Assembly (NCBI GenBank): GCA_040143965.1
Contig: JASJQH010006893.1
Span: forward strand, 1 to 49,945
DNA from: Basidiobolus ranarum
Lineage: Eukaryota
Direction: 5' to 3'
Length of the DNA stretch: 49,945 nucleotides
In this document: one piece after another, positions 1-12,383 of the stretch
How positions within the stretch are numbered: the stretch's first letter is position 1
Layout: each line of letters starts with the position of its first letter
Program-made: the position numbers and the translations under genes
Notes under the pieces: model-generated
The model's input: the letters and a program-made list of their open reading frames with translations, nothing else
The model's database searches: none
Told to the model about the DNA's origin: nothing

Positions 1-230
1 AATTTCAACACTCTCCCTCAACTAAATAGTCATATAAACTAATCCTAATAAAGGTCTAAATTTCTCAAATTTCTGTCTAGCTAATGGTTTGGTTAATATA
101 TCAGTAATCATGTCTTCTGTAGAACAATAAGTTAAGTCAATAAACTTATTTTCTACAGTCTCTCTAATGAAGTGATGCTTAATATCTATATGTTTGCTTC
201 TTTTATGAAACCAGGGATTTTTACAAACAC
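1..230 (-). mobile_element. Ty1/copia LTR-retrotransposon 3' end: RNase H C-terminus, polypurine tract and first bases of the 3' LTR
   Basis: Minus-strand translation of 228..22 gives CKNPWFHKRSKHIDIKHHFIRETVENKFIDLTYCSTEDMITDILTKPLARQKFEKFRPLLGLVYMTI*, matching the copia RNase H motifs KHIDIxxHFIRE and ADILTKPL. It is followed by the PPT TGAGGGAGAG (20..11) and the LTR start TGTTG at 10..6. Copia similarity ends near 230. Confidence 0.9.
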
Positions 231-239
231 AAAATCAAT

Positions 240-460
240 TTATCAAATTCCTGTAGCCAAAATTGCAACATACAGGTATCTGAATGTTCATATAGCAGGC
301 TCATTATATGTTCCAAGGTCTCAATTTTTAACATCCAGAGTATATCTGTATATGGAACTTAGTTTAACTCAAATACCTTCCTGACTAGTTAAAATTCTAC
401 AACTGTATACCCACATTTAGTGTCAACATTTCTCACAACTGGATATCATGCAAGACCTTT
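240..460 (+). pseudogene. Possible degenerate Ty3/gypsy integrase remnant
   Basis: QIPVAKIATYRYLNVHIAGSL resembles the integrase entry motif (...HVHIDLVGPL). After a stop/frameshift, SHNWISC resembles the integrase motif F..NWISRFG. Similarity is weak and judged by eye only. Confidence 0.25.
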
Positions 461-1273
461 AATGTATATAACTCTTCAAATCATTCTAACACTTTCAAAT
501 ACTTATTTGATCCGTCTACTTTGAAGATTATATCAAACTAAATTTAAGCAACTTTTCATGTCAAAATAATCCTCTGCTGCATTTGACCTTAAATAGATGT
601 AATTATTACCGAGTCTACCTAACCATTCTTTAATCCAAGTTTAAATATAACCAAATCTTAAGGCCCAGATTTCATGGTTAAATCTACTCTTAGATCTTTG
701 ATAGGTAGATGACGATTTGAGTAACCTCTAAATCTAAATGCGTGACAATGCGTGAGAATGATGTATCGTGGGTATATCCTGGACCTGATATTCCTGAATT
801 AACCAACTCAACCTACTCGCAACCTTATATATAATTTTGTTTAAACCCACTTGGATGAATTAATCGACACACTCACACTCCGTCAGCTTAATTAACAATG
901 ATTGGGCACATGTGTTGGTCTTCTTGGCAGAAAAATGAGTTTAAATTGTGAATGGATTTTATTTATTTATTACAATTTGTTTGATAGATTCTACTAGATA
1001 TAAAGCTTGGGAACTTAATTAAACTATTAATGCAATTTTGCTATATACAGGAAAATGAACCACTTCAGACGTTTCCTTGAGGTAAGTGAGGCTCTCAATA
1101 CATCGTTTAGGTGTTGTTCAAAGGCGATGTGGTACACTAGTGATGACGTGAATATTCCTCTTCCTACCCATCACGATACTTATGGATACATGTGTACTAG
1201 AAACTGTGAAGATAATACAAAGTATAACCTACAATACCACTAAAAAAGCAGCCCACGAAATCTTCGCCATTCT

Positions 1274-2005
1274 CTACATTGGCGGGCGGATAACCGAGTT
1301 TGGGCCGTAGGAGCGTGAATCTTCAGGTGGATGGTAGAGTAAATGGCGATTGAGGTGTTCCATACGGTCGAATTTCATATTACATCCAGCAACCTGGCAA
1401 GGATATATCGTGCTAGAAGTATGCCACGGGTTATGAGAATGTGCAACAGAAGTGAAAGAGAGTTCTTCCAAACTAGGAAGTGAGGGCATCATATACCCAT
1501 GTAACCCTGGCTGGCCTGTACTGCTAATTGGTGATGGAAGATACTGTTGAGCTCGTTCATTCATGTTGAATATAGTTCGGATACTAGGTAATGATGGACT
1601 GGTGGCCTTAGGGCTATTGGAAATAGAATACATAGTTTTAGGGGTATTTGGAGTCTCTGAGACGGGTGATTCCGTTCGAACAGTAAGTGTTGAGGGGGAA
1701 GTGGAATCACGAACATTACTTTGCTTGAAACTTTTCTTGGGAGAAGCAGTTGATAAATCTGGGCTTCTCTTACGTTTAGGGACTGCATTGGGGGAATCGC
1801 TACGAACGTGTGGAGTGCTTTTAGAATGTGATAGACAAGTTTCACAGTAATCTGAATCGCAGCGCGAGAATGTATTCATGTGGTGGTTTAGTACGTGACG
1901 TTTAACAAAGTCGTAGGTTTTGAATTTACAACTGCAATTTCCGAATGGGCAAGAATACCAAGTTCTCGGAAATTGAGTTTCATGAATTCTGTCAGCAACT
2001 TGCAT
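1274..2005 (-). CDS. C2H2 zinc-finger protein with two widely separated fingers (probable transcription factor)
   Basis: YSCPFGNCSCKFKTYDFVKRHVLNHH and YPCQVAGCNMKFDRMEHLNRHLLYH flank a Ser/Pro/Thr-rich linker with an NLS-like PKRKRSP. The ORF track starts at TTG 2035; the first ATG is at 2005. Confidence 0.85.
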   Translation of the reverse strand: MQVADRIHETQFPRTWYSCPFGNCSCKFKTYDFVKRHVLNHHMNTFSRCDSDYCETCLSHSKSTPHVRSDSPNAVPKRKRSPDLSTASPKKSFKQSNVRDSTSPSTLTVRTESPVSETPNTPKTMYSISNSPKATSPSLPSIRTIFNMNERAQQYLPSPISSTGQPGLHGYMMPSLPSLEELSFTSVAHSHNPWHTSSTIYPCQVAGCNMKFDRMEHLNRHLLYHPPEDSRSYGPNSVIRPPM

Positions 2006-4420
2006 TTTCTTCAAACTAAAGGCCTTCGAGTTCAAAAGGAGTTGATATATGAACTAAAGGATAAGTACAAAATGTCTCTGATGGGACTAAAGGTGAAAAT
2101 AGTTAAGAATCAGCCAACAAGCCTTAGCTTCTTAAAGGTAGTAAAGAATTACCTGAAGTATTCGGAAATAAAAAGTATTTGTTCGTTTGTATCGTAAATA
2201 ACCGATGAACCCTCACTACTATTCGTAAGGATAAATAAAAGACAGAACAATGACTAGTATGTTGGACTCGGGAAGATCCTAAGCAATTTAGAGGCTGATG
2301 AGATATAATCTGGAGTTTATATATACTGGACACGTACCTAACCCGGGTTGAAATTTCTACCCCAGGGACGAGCTATTTAGTGACAGGATTGGACATAGCG
2401 AGTTGACTTCAGGATTTACTAGTAGGCTATCTATGAAATTCCAAGACCATGCGGTCAACTGATTTTCCAAAGCGGTGATTGGATGTAGCAGGATGTCGCA
2501 AAAAATGTATATCCTAAATGGCCAATGATAGCTAACCATAGCCCAATCATAGATTAAATTTAAGGCTTTAGGATCAGAGGTTTTTCATATTCCATTCAAG
2601 TACGAAATATCTCGGAGCTATTCTGCCTGGATGTATTCAAGTCCCTCCCAGGTGACAATCGCCAAAACCCTAATTTTGTTTTAGTGACGGGATGGGATTT
2701 CGGATACCAATACCTATCCTGATTCTGAATTGCGACAAAGAATTTGATGAAATTAGAAATGTCTAAAAAAAGGAATCGAGCAATGATTTTTCTACTTCGT
2801 GCACGTGTCTAGTCCACAAGTACCAACACTCCTAGCAAGCTCATTTCATTTTCCTGTTAAGAAGGACCATGTGTAGCAATCAATATATACATGTCACGCT
2901 ATTAATAAAAAAGCTACGTGGAAGACAAGTGGGAAGATCGGAGATTACTTCTTATTTCAAACAACCGTCACAACTAAGCTTGAAAACCGAGTTGATTCAA
3001 TAATCCCATATGTGGCCTATTCAACCGAGACATGTTTGAAATTAAGACCAGGTGATACAAGCAACTGAAACATCGATTAAAACAAGAAAGGTGTTCAGAG
3101 GTCGCGAGCAATTTGTGGGAATTGGATGGTTTTGGATTGTGCGAGCCCGGTCCCTTAGCCAGAGTTGCGAAGCTTGGAGTCTGGGAATGTGAATAAATTT
3201 GTCCATTATCGATAAAATAATCTCTCTACCGGATCACGTGAGAATTTGGTGATGGTAGATAGTTGTCATACGCTGATGCGCATTATACAGCTACACCCAA
3301 CACGCTTTTGCGCACGCGAATCGAATTGGCTCAAATAAAGGCGGACTTTTCATCGATTATGTGCCGAAGCAGTCTTTCCGAGACACTGATGTTGATATAT
3401 AGAATACTGTATCAGGCATTCAGAAACCCGCTTATCTTTCAGGTTTCTCAGGTCCTGTACAGTTACCATTTTCGATGATTTTAGTATGTCGAGGCCTGCC
3501 GGTTAAAATATGAAACATATATATTTGGCCAGAGAATAAGGGTTAGTTTTTTGATTAGCTCTCATGTAGTAAAGATTGTGGCCATGAAAACAAGTTTCTG
3601 TTCAATATTAGTATAATTGAGGTTTTGGAATCACAGATACCCTGCACCTCTAACTTTACCCACCACAATGCTAGTGAAAGGTTTATGTAAATGTTCCTCA
3701 TTGTTATGATCCTAGTAATGGAAAGTATCTCGATAACGTCGGTCAAAGCAACTGGGCTGATTTATCAAATGGGTTTGGATCCGCTAACAGGTAATGTCAA
3801 GATAGATAACGTGATGGTGTCGTAACTCTACTCTTGGCAAGGGCATACTAACGAACACTATATGGAATTCGCTTGAAAGTAGCACTAATTGTTACTATTT
3901 TGTGTCTATTGCTTTATATGTAATTGACTTGACGTATTGGAGTAGATAAAGCTTTAAACCTATTTATCCCATATTAAAGATTTGGTATCTACATGTATTT
4001 AACCGAATCAAAGCACTATGATGGACTTGATTAACTCCTTGATGGGTGTACATATGAAAGAGCCTACAAGTTGCACCTGACTATGGATAGTGCGTAGGTA
4101 TACTTGATAGACATGGTTAAATCCTTAACAACAGAGCAGGGTTGGTTTGTAGAGTATGTGGAGTGAGAAAACTGAAGATGTGGGATTGATCATGTGTATA
4201 CATTAAGAGTCAGTAGAATGTTGTACAATTGAAAGAGAAGGTATGGGATTCCAAAAACAGTTAAATAAACGAAGGGTACATTGGTAAATATTAGTGACAG
4301 AAAAACAATGAGTACTCCAATATTTGTTAAAATTCTTGGTCAGATATCAAGTTTATGCCGAGCGACATGAACGTACCATGTGCTATGACCAAACCTAAGA
4401 TAGAATATAATTACAACACC

Positions 4421-7400
4421 TTACTTCAATCCAAATCCCTCACTTTCAGTTATCGCAGTAAGTAGCTTTTCATTAAGCTTTTCTCTTGTTGAATATCGAT
4501 AAATACAAAGTTGATTGAAACAAGTATGCGCGATAGGAAACCTAATATTGCGTAAGTATAGCTATACAAATAGAAATACATATAACCATTTTGTTACCTT
4601 TCCGAATCCTCTCCTAAGCATGATATTTTGAAAGTGAGATTTGCAATACCGGTAGCCGGAATTCGGTCACTTCCTGTAATAAATACAAGAAGCTGGCGCT
4701 GTAATTCCGATGTCATCGCACCAAATATGCTCCAAAAGTTCCTACACGAGACGAACTTTAATTTCTCAGAATACCGCTGCAACATTCAGAGATGGATGTA
4801 CCTTATAGTTTCCTCTTCTTTATCAAAGCCATCATATTCAGTCACTGATTTAAGTTGCTCTAAATCTAATGCTTCCGCACTTCCACGGACCAACAGCTCG
4901 ATTTCTTCAGGCCGGAAAAGCTAAGAAGGTGTGAAGTGTTACTAGTCAATGATATGGAGTATGGAAATGGCAACAATATACTTACTGAGAGCGCATTCCC
5001 CCCACAGACATGGTAAAATCCACGCTTGAATGGTTCGAATTGCTTTGCGATTGACTGTGTCAGGATAAATTGCGAGTATTTGGTAACATATTCTATCATT
5101 CGAGAGATTTTAATACTAAAGTCTTGAACACAACATAAAACGAAATTCTAAAAACCTTGTCGATTCTCTTTGGTAACAGGGATATTTTCTCCATTAGTCA
5201 CCAATGGTATCTGGTAGACGTCTCCAAACACTTCGTATTCACCAACGAAATCACGGCAAAATACTTCCTCTAAATCATCATTATCGTAGTCTAAGAGCGC
5301 CTGCAGACCTTTGGCCAGGGCCTAGTTATAAAGAGTGTGAGTATGGGAATTTATCAAACTAGAAATAAAGAATCCTACAGGGCGAAGGGTCTTCAAGTCA
5401 TCGAAATCAACAGGAATGTTTAACAATTTCTTATAACAGGCCAGTGGAAACTGGATGTCTAAGATGGTGGAATTGTATATTGCTAAGCCAATTATCTATT
5501 ATGTACTATATGTTAGAGATCAAGGATGGGCCAGTGGAGTACTAGACACTACGATAGGAAATCCTAACTTACGACGCCAACAAGGTAATACTGATCACTT
5601 GTCTCAAAACTAGCAGGATTGAACCAGAAATAGTTCGACTCTTCGTCCCATGTAAACATCCCTTCACGACGATTGGTAAATATGTATTAAGGCGCGAATA
5701 GAACGAGTAACCATGCAAATACCATATTGAGGATTAAACAATTCCCTAACAAGGAGGAGAAACCACTCTTTGGTCAGACCGCCAGCATCGATCCCGTCTT
5801 CATTGACGAACTCAATTTTCAGTTTCTTTTTTAAATCCATTTGGTGAACAGAGAGCTATGTCGAGAGACCACACGAGAGATACGTTAATGGGTCAAGTCA
5901 CTCAACAAATCACTACTGTGAAAAGTATCAGGCTGTTACCTGATTGAGTGAGTCTTCTATAAGGAAATCACGTCGGATGTGGAGAACCAAGTAAGGAACT
6001 GTGACTCGCTTTTGAAAGAGAATTGTGATGATTGCTTCCTAAAGCATTTACTAAAGGTAAATATACAGCACATTGCATGTCACAGTAAGGGTCGTTTACC
6101 TTGACTTTGTTTTCCATTTGTCTTCTTGCATCAACTTCAAGGATTCGAGTTTTAGCACCCATACTAATCAAAAAGGGGTACTGGCAGAAAGAGAATCGTC
6201 TAGTCATGAAGAGACATGAGTCAGAGTATTAGCACATCAAGCATCATCATCATATTTACCCAGATCTTTGCTGCCATGAATCGTAATCGAGAACAAGATC
6301 AATGTAGTCAACAAGAGTATTATAGAAGTCAAAGATAGGTAACTTCTGGCTGATGTTATTGGCCGCAACTAATATAAAGAAGTTATAGTTAGTATTAATG
6401 GCCAGCACAGAGTGTAGCTTGAAAGCTCACATAATAATGCCATAACACGAGCAGCGGCTACTATTCGCCAATCGTTGTCATAGGTGATTGTAGATCTTCC
6501 TCTCGAGCGCTGTTCTTTAGTAAGGCGATAGGTGATAAAATGATTCACAAGATCCACCCGCTTGCTGATTATGTTTTTGTTGAGCCTAGTAATAATATTC
6601 CAATTAAACACGGCTAGTAACAAACACTCATCACGTGGCAATAAGTTACCTAGAGAACCAGTTGACGATGTAATGGTGTATCTCATTGCCAAGCGAAGAT
6701 ATCAATCCAAATATTCTCTTAAGCAGGTTGTGGTGATATTGAGTCTCTTGAGGAAAGTTGTGCTGCAACAGTAAAGGATTCTATGGTGCAAATAGTGTTA
6801 GGATTCTGCATAAATCAACCTTATAAATTCAAATTACCTCTAATATTATAATCAAAAATTTGACATCATCCTTGCGTCTCAATTTCCTAGCGAACTCGTA
6901 GTTGTTAGAGTCGTATCATCAATTTTAACTGCGTAAATTAATTGCTACCTTCCAGGTCTCTTCAGCAGTCTATCCGTTGCCGACATTAAAGAACGGATTA
7001 CACTCGCAGGCTATGTATTTCCAAAAACAAAATTCAGAGAGTTGTTTATCTTGACAACATAATGCAGCCTACATACCAACTCTAGGATTAGTCTATAAGC
7101 TTCACGAACATCGTCCAAGGCGATTCCACACTCTTCCAATGAAATGCTACAACCCTTCTCAGCAAGTGATTTGCGAATTAATAAGTTTCCATAATTTGTA
7201 TTGAAGAAACGTATTTTACATTGCTGAAACTAAAATTCAGGGCGTCACAAGAAGAAAAGGTGTTCTTGATGAGACGCTCAACAGAATCATAATTACTCGG
7301 TGAACCTGGCACTTTACAAGAATCAATCGCCCTCTTTAATTGAGTTAAATTCATACTTGTTCCATCACGGTGATAACCTAAGATTCCATTTATATACAAC

Positions 7401-7761
7401 AACCGTATTAGTAAGATGTAAAATTTCTTGGAGAGCGTAAACAACCTTGTGGGTAAGACGGCGTGTTCAAGTCGTTAATCATGTCACAAACTGTACAACG
7501 AAAACAAGGAACCGATACAGGAAATCTCAGCTGACTAAAAGATTAATGAGTTTACAGTCATTATCAAAAATCGGCATAGCTAGATACCTGTTACAGCACA
7601 TGCAACGACCGGATGTCTATTTAGCAAGAAGTAAAGGTTTATTTTATCTGTTGGTTTTTTAGGAGAAAACTTAACACTATCCCTACCATGGAATCTCCAG
7701 AATCACTAGATGGTGTGGGACTAGAGGCAGACCCGAATCCTCTTATATTAGGATTCTCCAT
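4421..7761 (-). CDS. HUL4: HECT E3 ubiquitin ligase, HUL4/HECTD2-like, about 17 exons
   Basis: Spliced exons give [70 protein letters not shown] and the catalytic [10 protein letters not shown]...ESEGFGLK* (TAA 4421-4423). The N-terminus has the Cys cluster [28 protein letters not shown] introns are traceable throughout; ATG at 7761. Confidence 0.88.
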
Positions 7762-8159
7762 CGGTAAAAATAAATAAGAATCCGAGATATAAACTGGCAC
7801 AAAATGCAGAAAACTTTAACAGTTTAACTATTATAAATGTTCAATGTAATTGAAATGAGCAAGAAGAAACTTGTCTCCTTTTACTTGGTACGAAATTAAG
7901 ATATTACCAACACTAATACATGTAGAAAAATTCCGACTTGGCAAAAAATCAAGTAATCGTCATACACCAATCTATCTTAAATAATGATCGGCTATATATT
8001 AGCTGACAGTGCAGATGATATAAATTATACCACTTCGTTACTCGTGACTATTGTTACATTAGTCTTGATCAACCCATGGGATCATTTCAAGCTCAAATAA
8101 TGGCCGATTGTGAGAAATATCAATAATTTAGGTCTGATGCTCTAAGCGTACTACTTTAA

Positions 8160-8624
8160 ATGTCATTTAATATACGCCTTACTCAAACCTTACGTAACAA
8201 AGCCACTAAATACCCTACTGCACTGATATATCGTATGTCTTCTAATACTGCAACTACCGCAACTCAAAAGCTAGCCCAGGCTCAAGAAGAATATGAGAGA
8301 ATAGCTGGTAAATTGGCGAAGGAAATTGGCACACATGCAACAGGAGAAGTTGTCGAGCGACTTGAAATTGACCTCGCTATTGCTCGTCAAAAGGTAAAAA
8401 GATTCCAGCTGTTAAGTGAAAAAGAGAATCCGCAACCAAAGGAAGAGAAACATGGTGCTATGAATGCCCGTAACTTTTTGGTGGCTAGTTTAAGCGGAGA
8501 AATATCGCCTGAAATGGTTAAAAATATTCACGATAAGATTCCTGACGCCAAAATAACCCCTACTTATGGCAATCTCAAAGACATTGCTCAAGGATTATCT
8601 CAAGAGCTGAAAAAGAAACCTTAA
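8160..8624 (+). CDS. Hypothetical 154-aa protein with a possible mitochondrial presequence and coiled coil
   Basis: Intronless ATG-initiated ORF, head-to-head with the HECT gene. N-terminus is rich in R/K/T/L with no acidic residues, followed by a helical/coiled-coil segment. No family recognised. Confidence 0.65.
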   Translation: MSFNIRLTQTLRNKATKYPTALIYRMSSNTATTATQKLAQAQEEYERIAGKLAKEIGTHATGEVVERLEIDLAIARQKVKRFQLLSEKENPQPKEEKHGAMNARNFLVASLSGEISPEMVKNIHDKIPDAKITPTYGNLKDIAQGLSQELKKKP

Positions 8625-9250
8625 ATTCCACTTCGGAGAAGTAAGTTTGGCTGTCAGTCATGTCAAGATGAAATTTGAATTTTCTGTTTCATTTTTCTTT
8701 GAAGTACTATAAAAGTTTTCTCTCATATATTTTATATAAATTGCACAAAGAACTTCAAACCCGAACCCCAAGTAGTTGTACCTAATTGTGTGAAAACGCT
8801 AGTTTCCTCTTTGAATACACCAATTTGATATTTCCATAGACTGAAGGATATGTATAACAATTCATAAGTTATTGATATTTAATTACTTTTAAACCAGGAT
8901 GATTTGTCAGAAATTTTATTTTGCTGCTTGTATTTACTCTCATGTTTAGTGAAATTTTTTGTCCCTAATATACATCGGAGTATCGATATTTCTGTGTCCC
9001 TTGTGTTTTATAATGTTTCGAACTCATGTGCGAAATCTGTTGGTGCGGAAGATACGGTACAGTTCATAATCATATTTCAAGAAAGTAAATTTGTATTAGT
9101 TTCTCAAACGTTAATACTACATGCGCTGCTTATTGTGATGCTAAATCTAAGTGCATTTGAGCTATTTCATATACATATAGTAGTCAATATTTATTAACGA
9201 TTCAAACTCACATAATTCCAATTTAATTTAGAATAGGGAACCTTTCAAAC

Positions 9251-10735
9251 GTGCGAACTCTATCTGTTACTAGACCGCATCCAAATAATGAGGACGCACG
9301 GGGACTTGATTTGTTTAAATTATCAGAGAAATTGAGTAGTTACTTAACCCCTCAAGATTCCATTCCAGATGATGCACAATCTGCTTGGACGGATTCTGAC
9401 ACCAAGAACAACACTGACTTGAATGTCGAAAGTTTTCAACGAAACGATGATTCGTCATCTCATGTAGAGACCTGCATCGGGAATACCAACACAGACGAAG
9501 TAAAAACCACAACTCTTATTAAGAAGTCATCTGGAAATGACAATAATAATAACACAGATTCGGAAATGAAATTTGAGATTAAGGATATTGAGCTACCTCA
9601 ATTCTGGAATGAAGCCTCTCGCAGAGTGGCACTTTATCGAGTAATTCTTAACTTGGAAAAAAAGGAAATAGCACTAAAGCCGAAAATAATACCCAAACTC
9701 GCGACTAATACAACTCAGCTCAAGAGAAGTCACAAAAAAAAGGTAATAAACGAGGCTGACAGACATAAAGTTTATTTGGAAGTAATCGAGCTAATAGACG
9801 CCGAGAAAGAATTTTTGAGTAGAGCTAGCCGAACGTTATCACCTTTTGCCCATATACAAAAGCAAGAACTTGAGGCTAACAATATAAAGCCACCGGATCG
9901 AGCAGTCATTAGAGGCCATCTAGATTCTTTAAGGGTATTCGAATTACAGGAAAGGTGCCGATCCTACGGTATTAGTATGGGGGGTAGTCGAGCAGATATT
10001 GTTGAGCGTATAGAGAATTTTATATTTGACTTTATTGGCGACAGAAAAGGAATCCCTCAAAATATCATTTCCATTGACATTGGATATCGGAATCTCGCTT
10101 ACATACACATAGACTCTTCGCTGAGAATTCTTGACTGGCGTCGGATTGATCTGAATGTCCCCGATTCATACGACCCTGTAAAATATGCTCAAGTTGTTAA
10201 TGATTTTGTAGAGACACTCTCAAACCGCGGTGTAGGAATATATATTTTAGAGCGGCAGAGTTTGCGTCACAGCCCCACTACGATGTTTGAGGGAGTTATT
10301 CGGTCTAATTTAGTGGAAGCACTGATAATCGGGTCTTTACACGGTCGAGGCTACTCTATTGCTTCTATCAATCCAGCTACTATTAGTAGCTACCTCAAGT
10401 CGGAAAAGGGATCTACATTGCTTCGAAATTCAGGAATAGTGTATACCGACCGAATCAACAAGCTGAAGCTGCTGGCCCCCTTACTCTCGGGAAAGCAGTA
10501 TAATTCGAAACGGTATACGGTGAAGAAAACCAACCATGTAGGTGTCGTAAAGCATTTGCTTAAGACCAAGCAAACAATTCAATGCCCTGACCATCTCGAA
10601 GAGATGTTTTTGACTGAGAAAAAGAAAGATGATCTGGCTGACTGTCTTATCCAGTCATTGGTGTGGTATGAATGGCAACACACAAAGGTACAGGACATTT
10701 ATGCTCAAATTCTAAATGTCAAGTCGCCGTTGTAA
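9251..10735 (+). CDS. CCE1: Mitochondrial Holliday-junction resolvase (Ydc2/Cce1 family) with SAP domain; the 5' end probably lies in a short upstream exon
   Basis: SAP motif LDSLRVFELQERCRSYGISMGGSRADIVERI; RuvC-like catalytic motifs IISIDIGYRNLAY, YILERQ and KKDDLADCLIQ. The ORF opens at GTG just after candidate acceptors (AG at 9230-31 or 9235-36), so the true ATG is uncertain. Confidence 0.88.
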   Translation: MRTLSVTRPHPNNEDARGLDLFKLSEKLSSYLTPQDSIPDDAQSAWTDSDTKNNTDLNVESFQRNDDSSSHVETCIGNTNTDEVKTTTLIKKSSGNDNNNNTDSEMKFEIKDIELPQFWNEASRRVALYRVILNLEKKEIALKPKIIPKLATNTTQLKRSHKKKVINEADRHKVYLEVIELIDAEKEFLSRASRTLSPFAHIQKQELEANNIKPPDRAVIRGHLDSLRVFELQERCRSYGISMGGSRADIVERIENFIFDFIGDRKGIPQNIISIDIGYRNLAYIHIDSSLRILDWRRIDLNVPDSYDPVKYAQVVNDFVETLSNRGVGIYILERQSLRHSPTTMFEGVIRSNLVEALIIGSLHGRGYSIASINPATISSYLKSEKGSTLLRNSGIVYTDRINKLKLLAPLLSGKQYNSKRYTVKKTNHVGVVKHLLKTKQTIQCPDHLEEMFLTEKKKDDLADCLIQSLVWYEWQHTKVQDIYAQILNVKSPL

Positions 10736-11045
10736 TATTCAAACAAGCAAACCCAAACCTCCATCATCAAAACTAATACGCCTCTTGTTACCACCCCTTC
10801 ATTCATTTCACTTTTTAGAACAGGTGTATATTCATGTTAATGTGTTTAATACAAATAAACCTACGCATCTACGGTATCTTCATTAGGTTCTAGATTGTAG
10901 TTACAAGATGACCCAATTACTATGTGGTTGGATTTGTGCAACTGATGCTGCTACATATGCAGGATAATTCTTACATGATTATCAGATTTCCATCTACAAC
11001 CACAATCACGCAATCTCAAGATGAGCAGTGGTGTGTGGTATGCGG

Positions 11046-11062
11046 TATATATATATATATAT
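11046..11062. repeat. (TA)8 microsatellite / TATA-like tract upstream of the GST start
   Basis: TATATATATATATATAT about 30 bp upstream of ATG 11091. Confidence 0.8.
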
Positions 11063-11090
11063 CCCATTGAAGCCTTTCCAAAGGTCGAAA

Positions 11091-11944
11091 ATGACTATAG
11101 CGGGTAAGTTTTAGGCATCGCTAAAAACCCCTCTCGCTTACTGACTGTTCTTTTCAGCCAAACCTATCACCCTCTACAGCAATAGTGGTTGTCCTTACGT
11201 GCAAAGAGCTCTCATTGCACTCTATGAATGCGACTTGGATCATGAAAAGGTTGAAATTCCTCTTCCTAACAAGCCTGACTGGTATTTAGAGTTAAACCCC
11301 GAAGGCAAGGTACCTGCGCTTAAATATGGGGATGACACACTGGTCGAATCATTAATAATCACCGAGTTCTTCTCCGATCTTTCTGGGGGAAAGTAAGCAT
11401 CGATTGAGCTCATGTCATCATAATTCGTGTGTATTTACATTCTACTCTAGGCTATTGCCCAAAGATCCGTTGAAGAGGGCTCAGGCACGCTATTTCATTG
11501 AATTTTTCGGTAGCAAATTTTTACCCTTGTACTACCGTATCCTAGGAAATGTTGATTCTGACGTCGCTAAAAAACTCGAGCAGGAGTTTGTTGACAACTT
11601 GAAGAAGGTAGGAAAGTTCGAAGTAATAATATTCATGAGTACAAAGCCCCCTAACTGCTCCTAAATTATAGCTCAACAAACTACTTGTAGCTCAATCTGT
11701 TGAGGGTCCATTTTACTTTGGTAAAGATTTCTCACTAGTTGAAGCGGCAATTGCACCTTTCTCGAGCCGTTTTGCTCCTATGGCTGAAATCGGTGGCATT
11801 CAAATCCCTAAAATTCCCGAACTCAGCCGTTATCATCAGTGGTGTGGTGCTATTGAGCAGAGAGATTCTTTCATTAAAAGCTCACTATCCTCTGAGGAGC
11901 TTTATAAGAGCTGTGAGGCTCTCGCCATCAAATACAGAGCATAA
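11091..11944 (+). CDS. Glutathione S-transferase, Cys-type (omega-like), 4 exons
   Basis: Spliced MTIAAKPITLYSNSGCPYVQRALIAL (CPY active site), NPEGKVPAL, ESLIITEF, LLPKDPLKRAQAR, GPFYFGKDFSLVEAAIAPF; stop TAA 11942-11944. Confidence 0.9.
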
Positions 11945-12383
11945 ACATAATCCATAATAAATTCATTTTCTCACCATTTGATTTGGAAGCACACTTTGGC
12001 TGTATTGTAACAAAATAAACGCACAAAGCGCACAATTAAACTATCGTAAACACAAATCCAGTTCCTAGTAGTTACAAATCAACGAGGATATGAAAATGAT
12101 ATACATATTGCTAGGTCAAATCGTAAGTAGGTATAACTGCGAAATAGTGAATCCTTAAAATGGTGAATCCTCTCATCAACAAATCTAATGATACATGACA
12201 TCCAATCATTCCCCACCGCTACAAAAGTGGCAAGTTGGCTCGGGTCAAACAAGTTTTTTTTCCAAATCGATAGCTGAGCATGAAGAGTGGGGATAAAGGT
12301 TTTGTCTTTGTATGATGAGCACTCCTTTCTCTCTTAGTGTGCAGACGTGGTAATTGGCGCCGGTCTATACTAATAATTTAACA

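Noticed and set aside
2040-4400. 2.4-kb gene-free region with short ORFs and a repeated TTTAGTGACRGGAT
   Set aside because: The ORFs lack ATG context and motifs, and there are only two motif copies. Most likely the extended promoter of the C2H2 gene.
12312-12318. Box C-like ATGATGA upstream of RPL11 (another near 20489)
   Set aside because: No downstream box D with a terminal stem and no recognisable guide.
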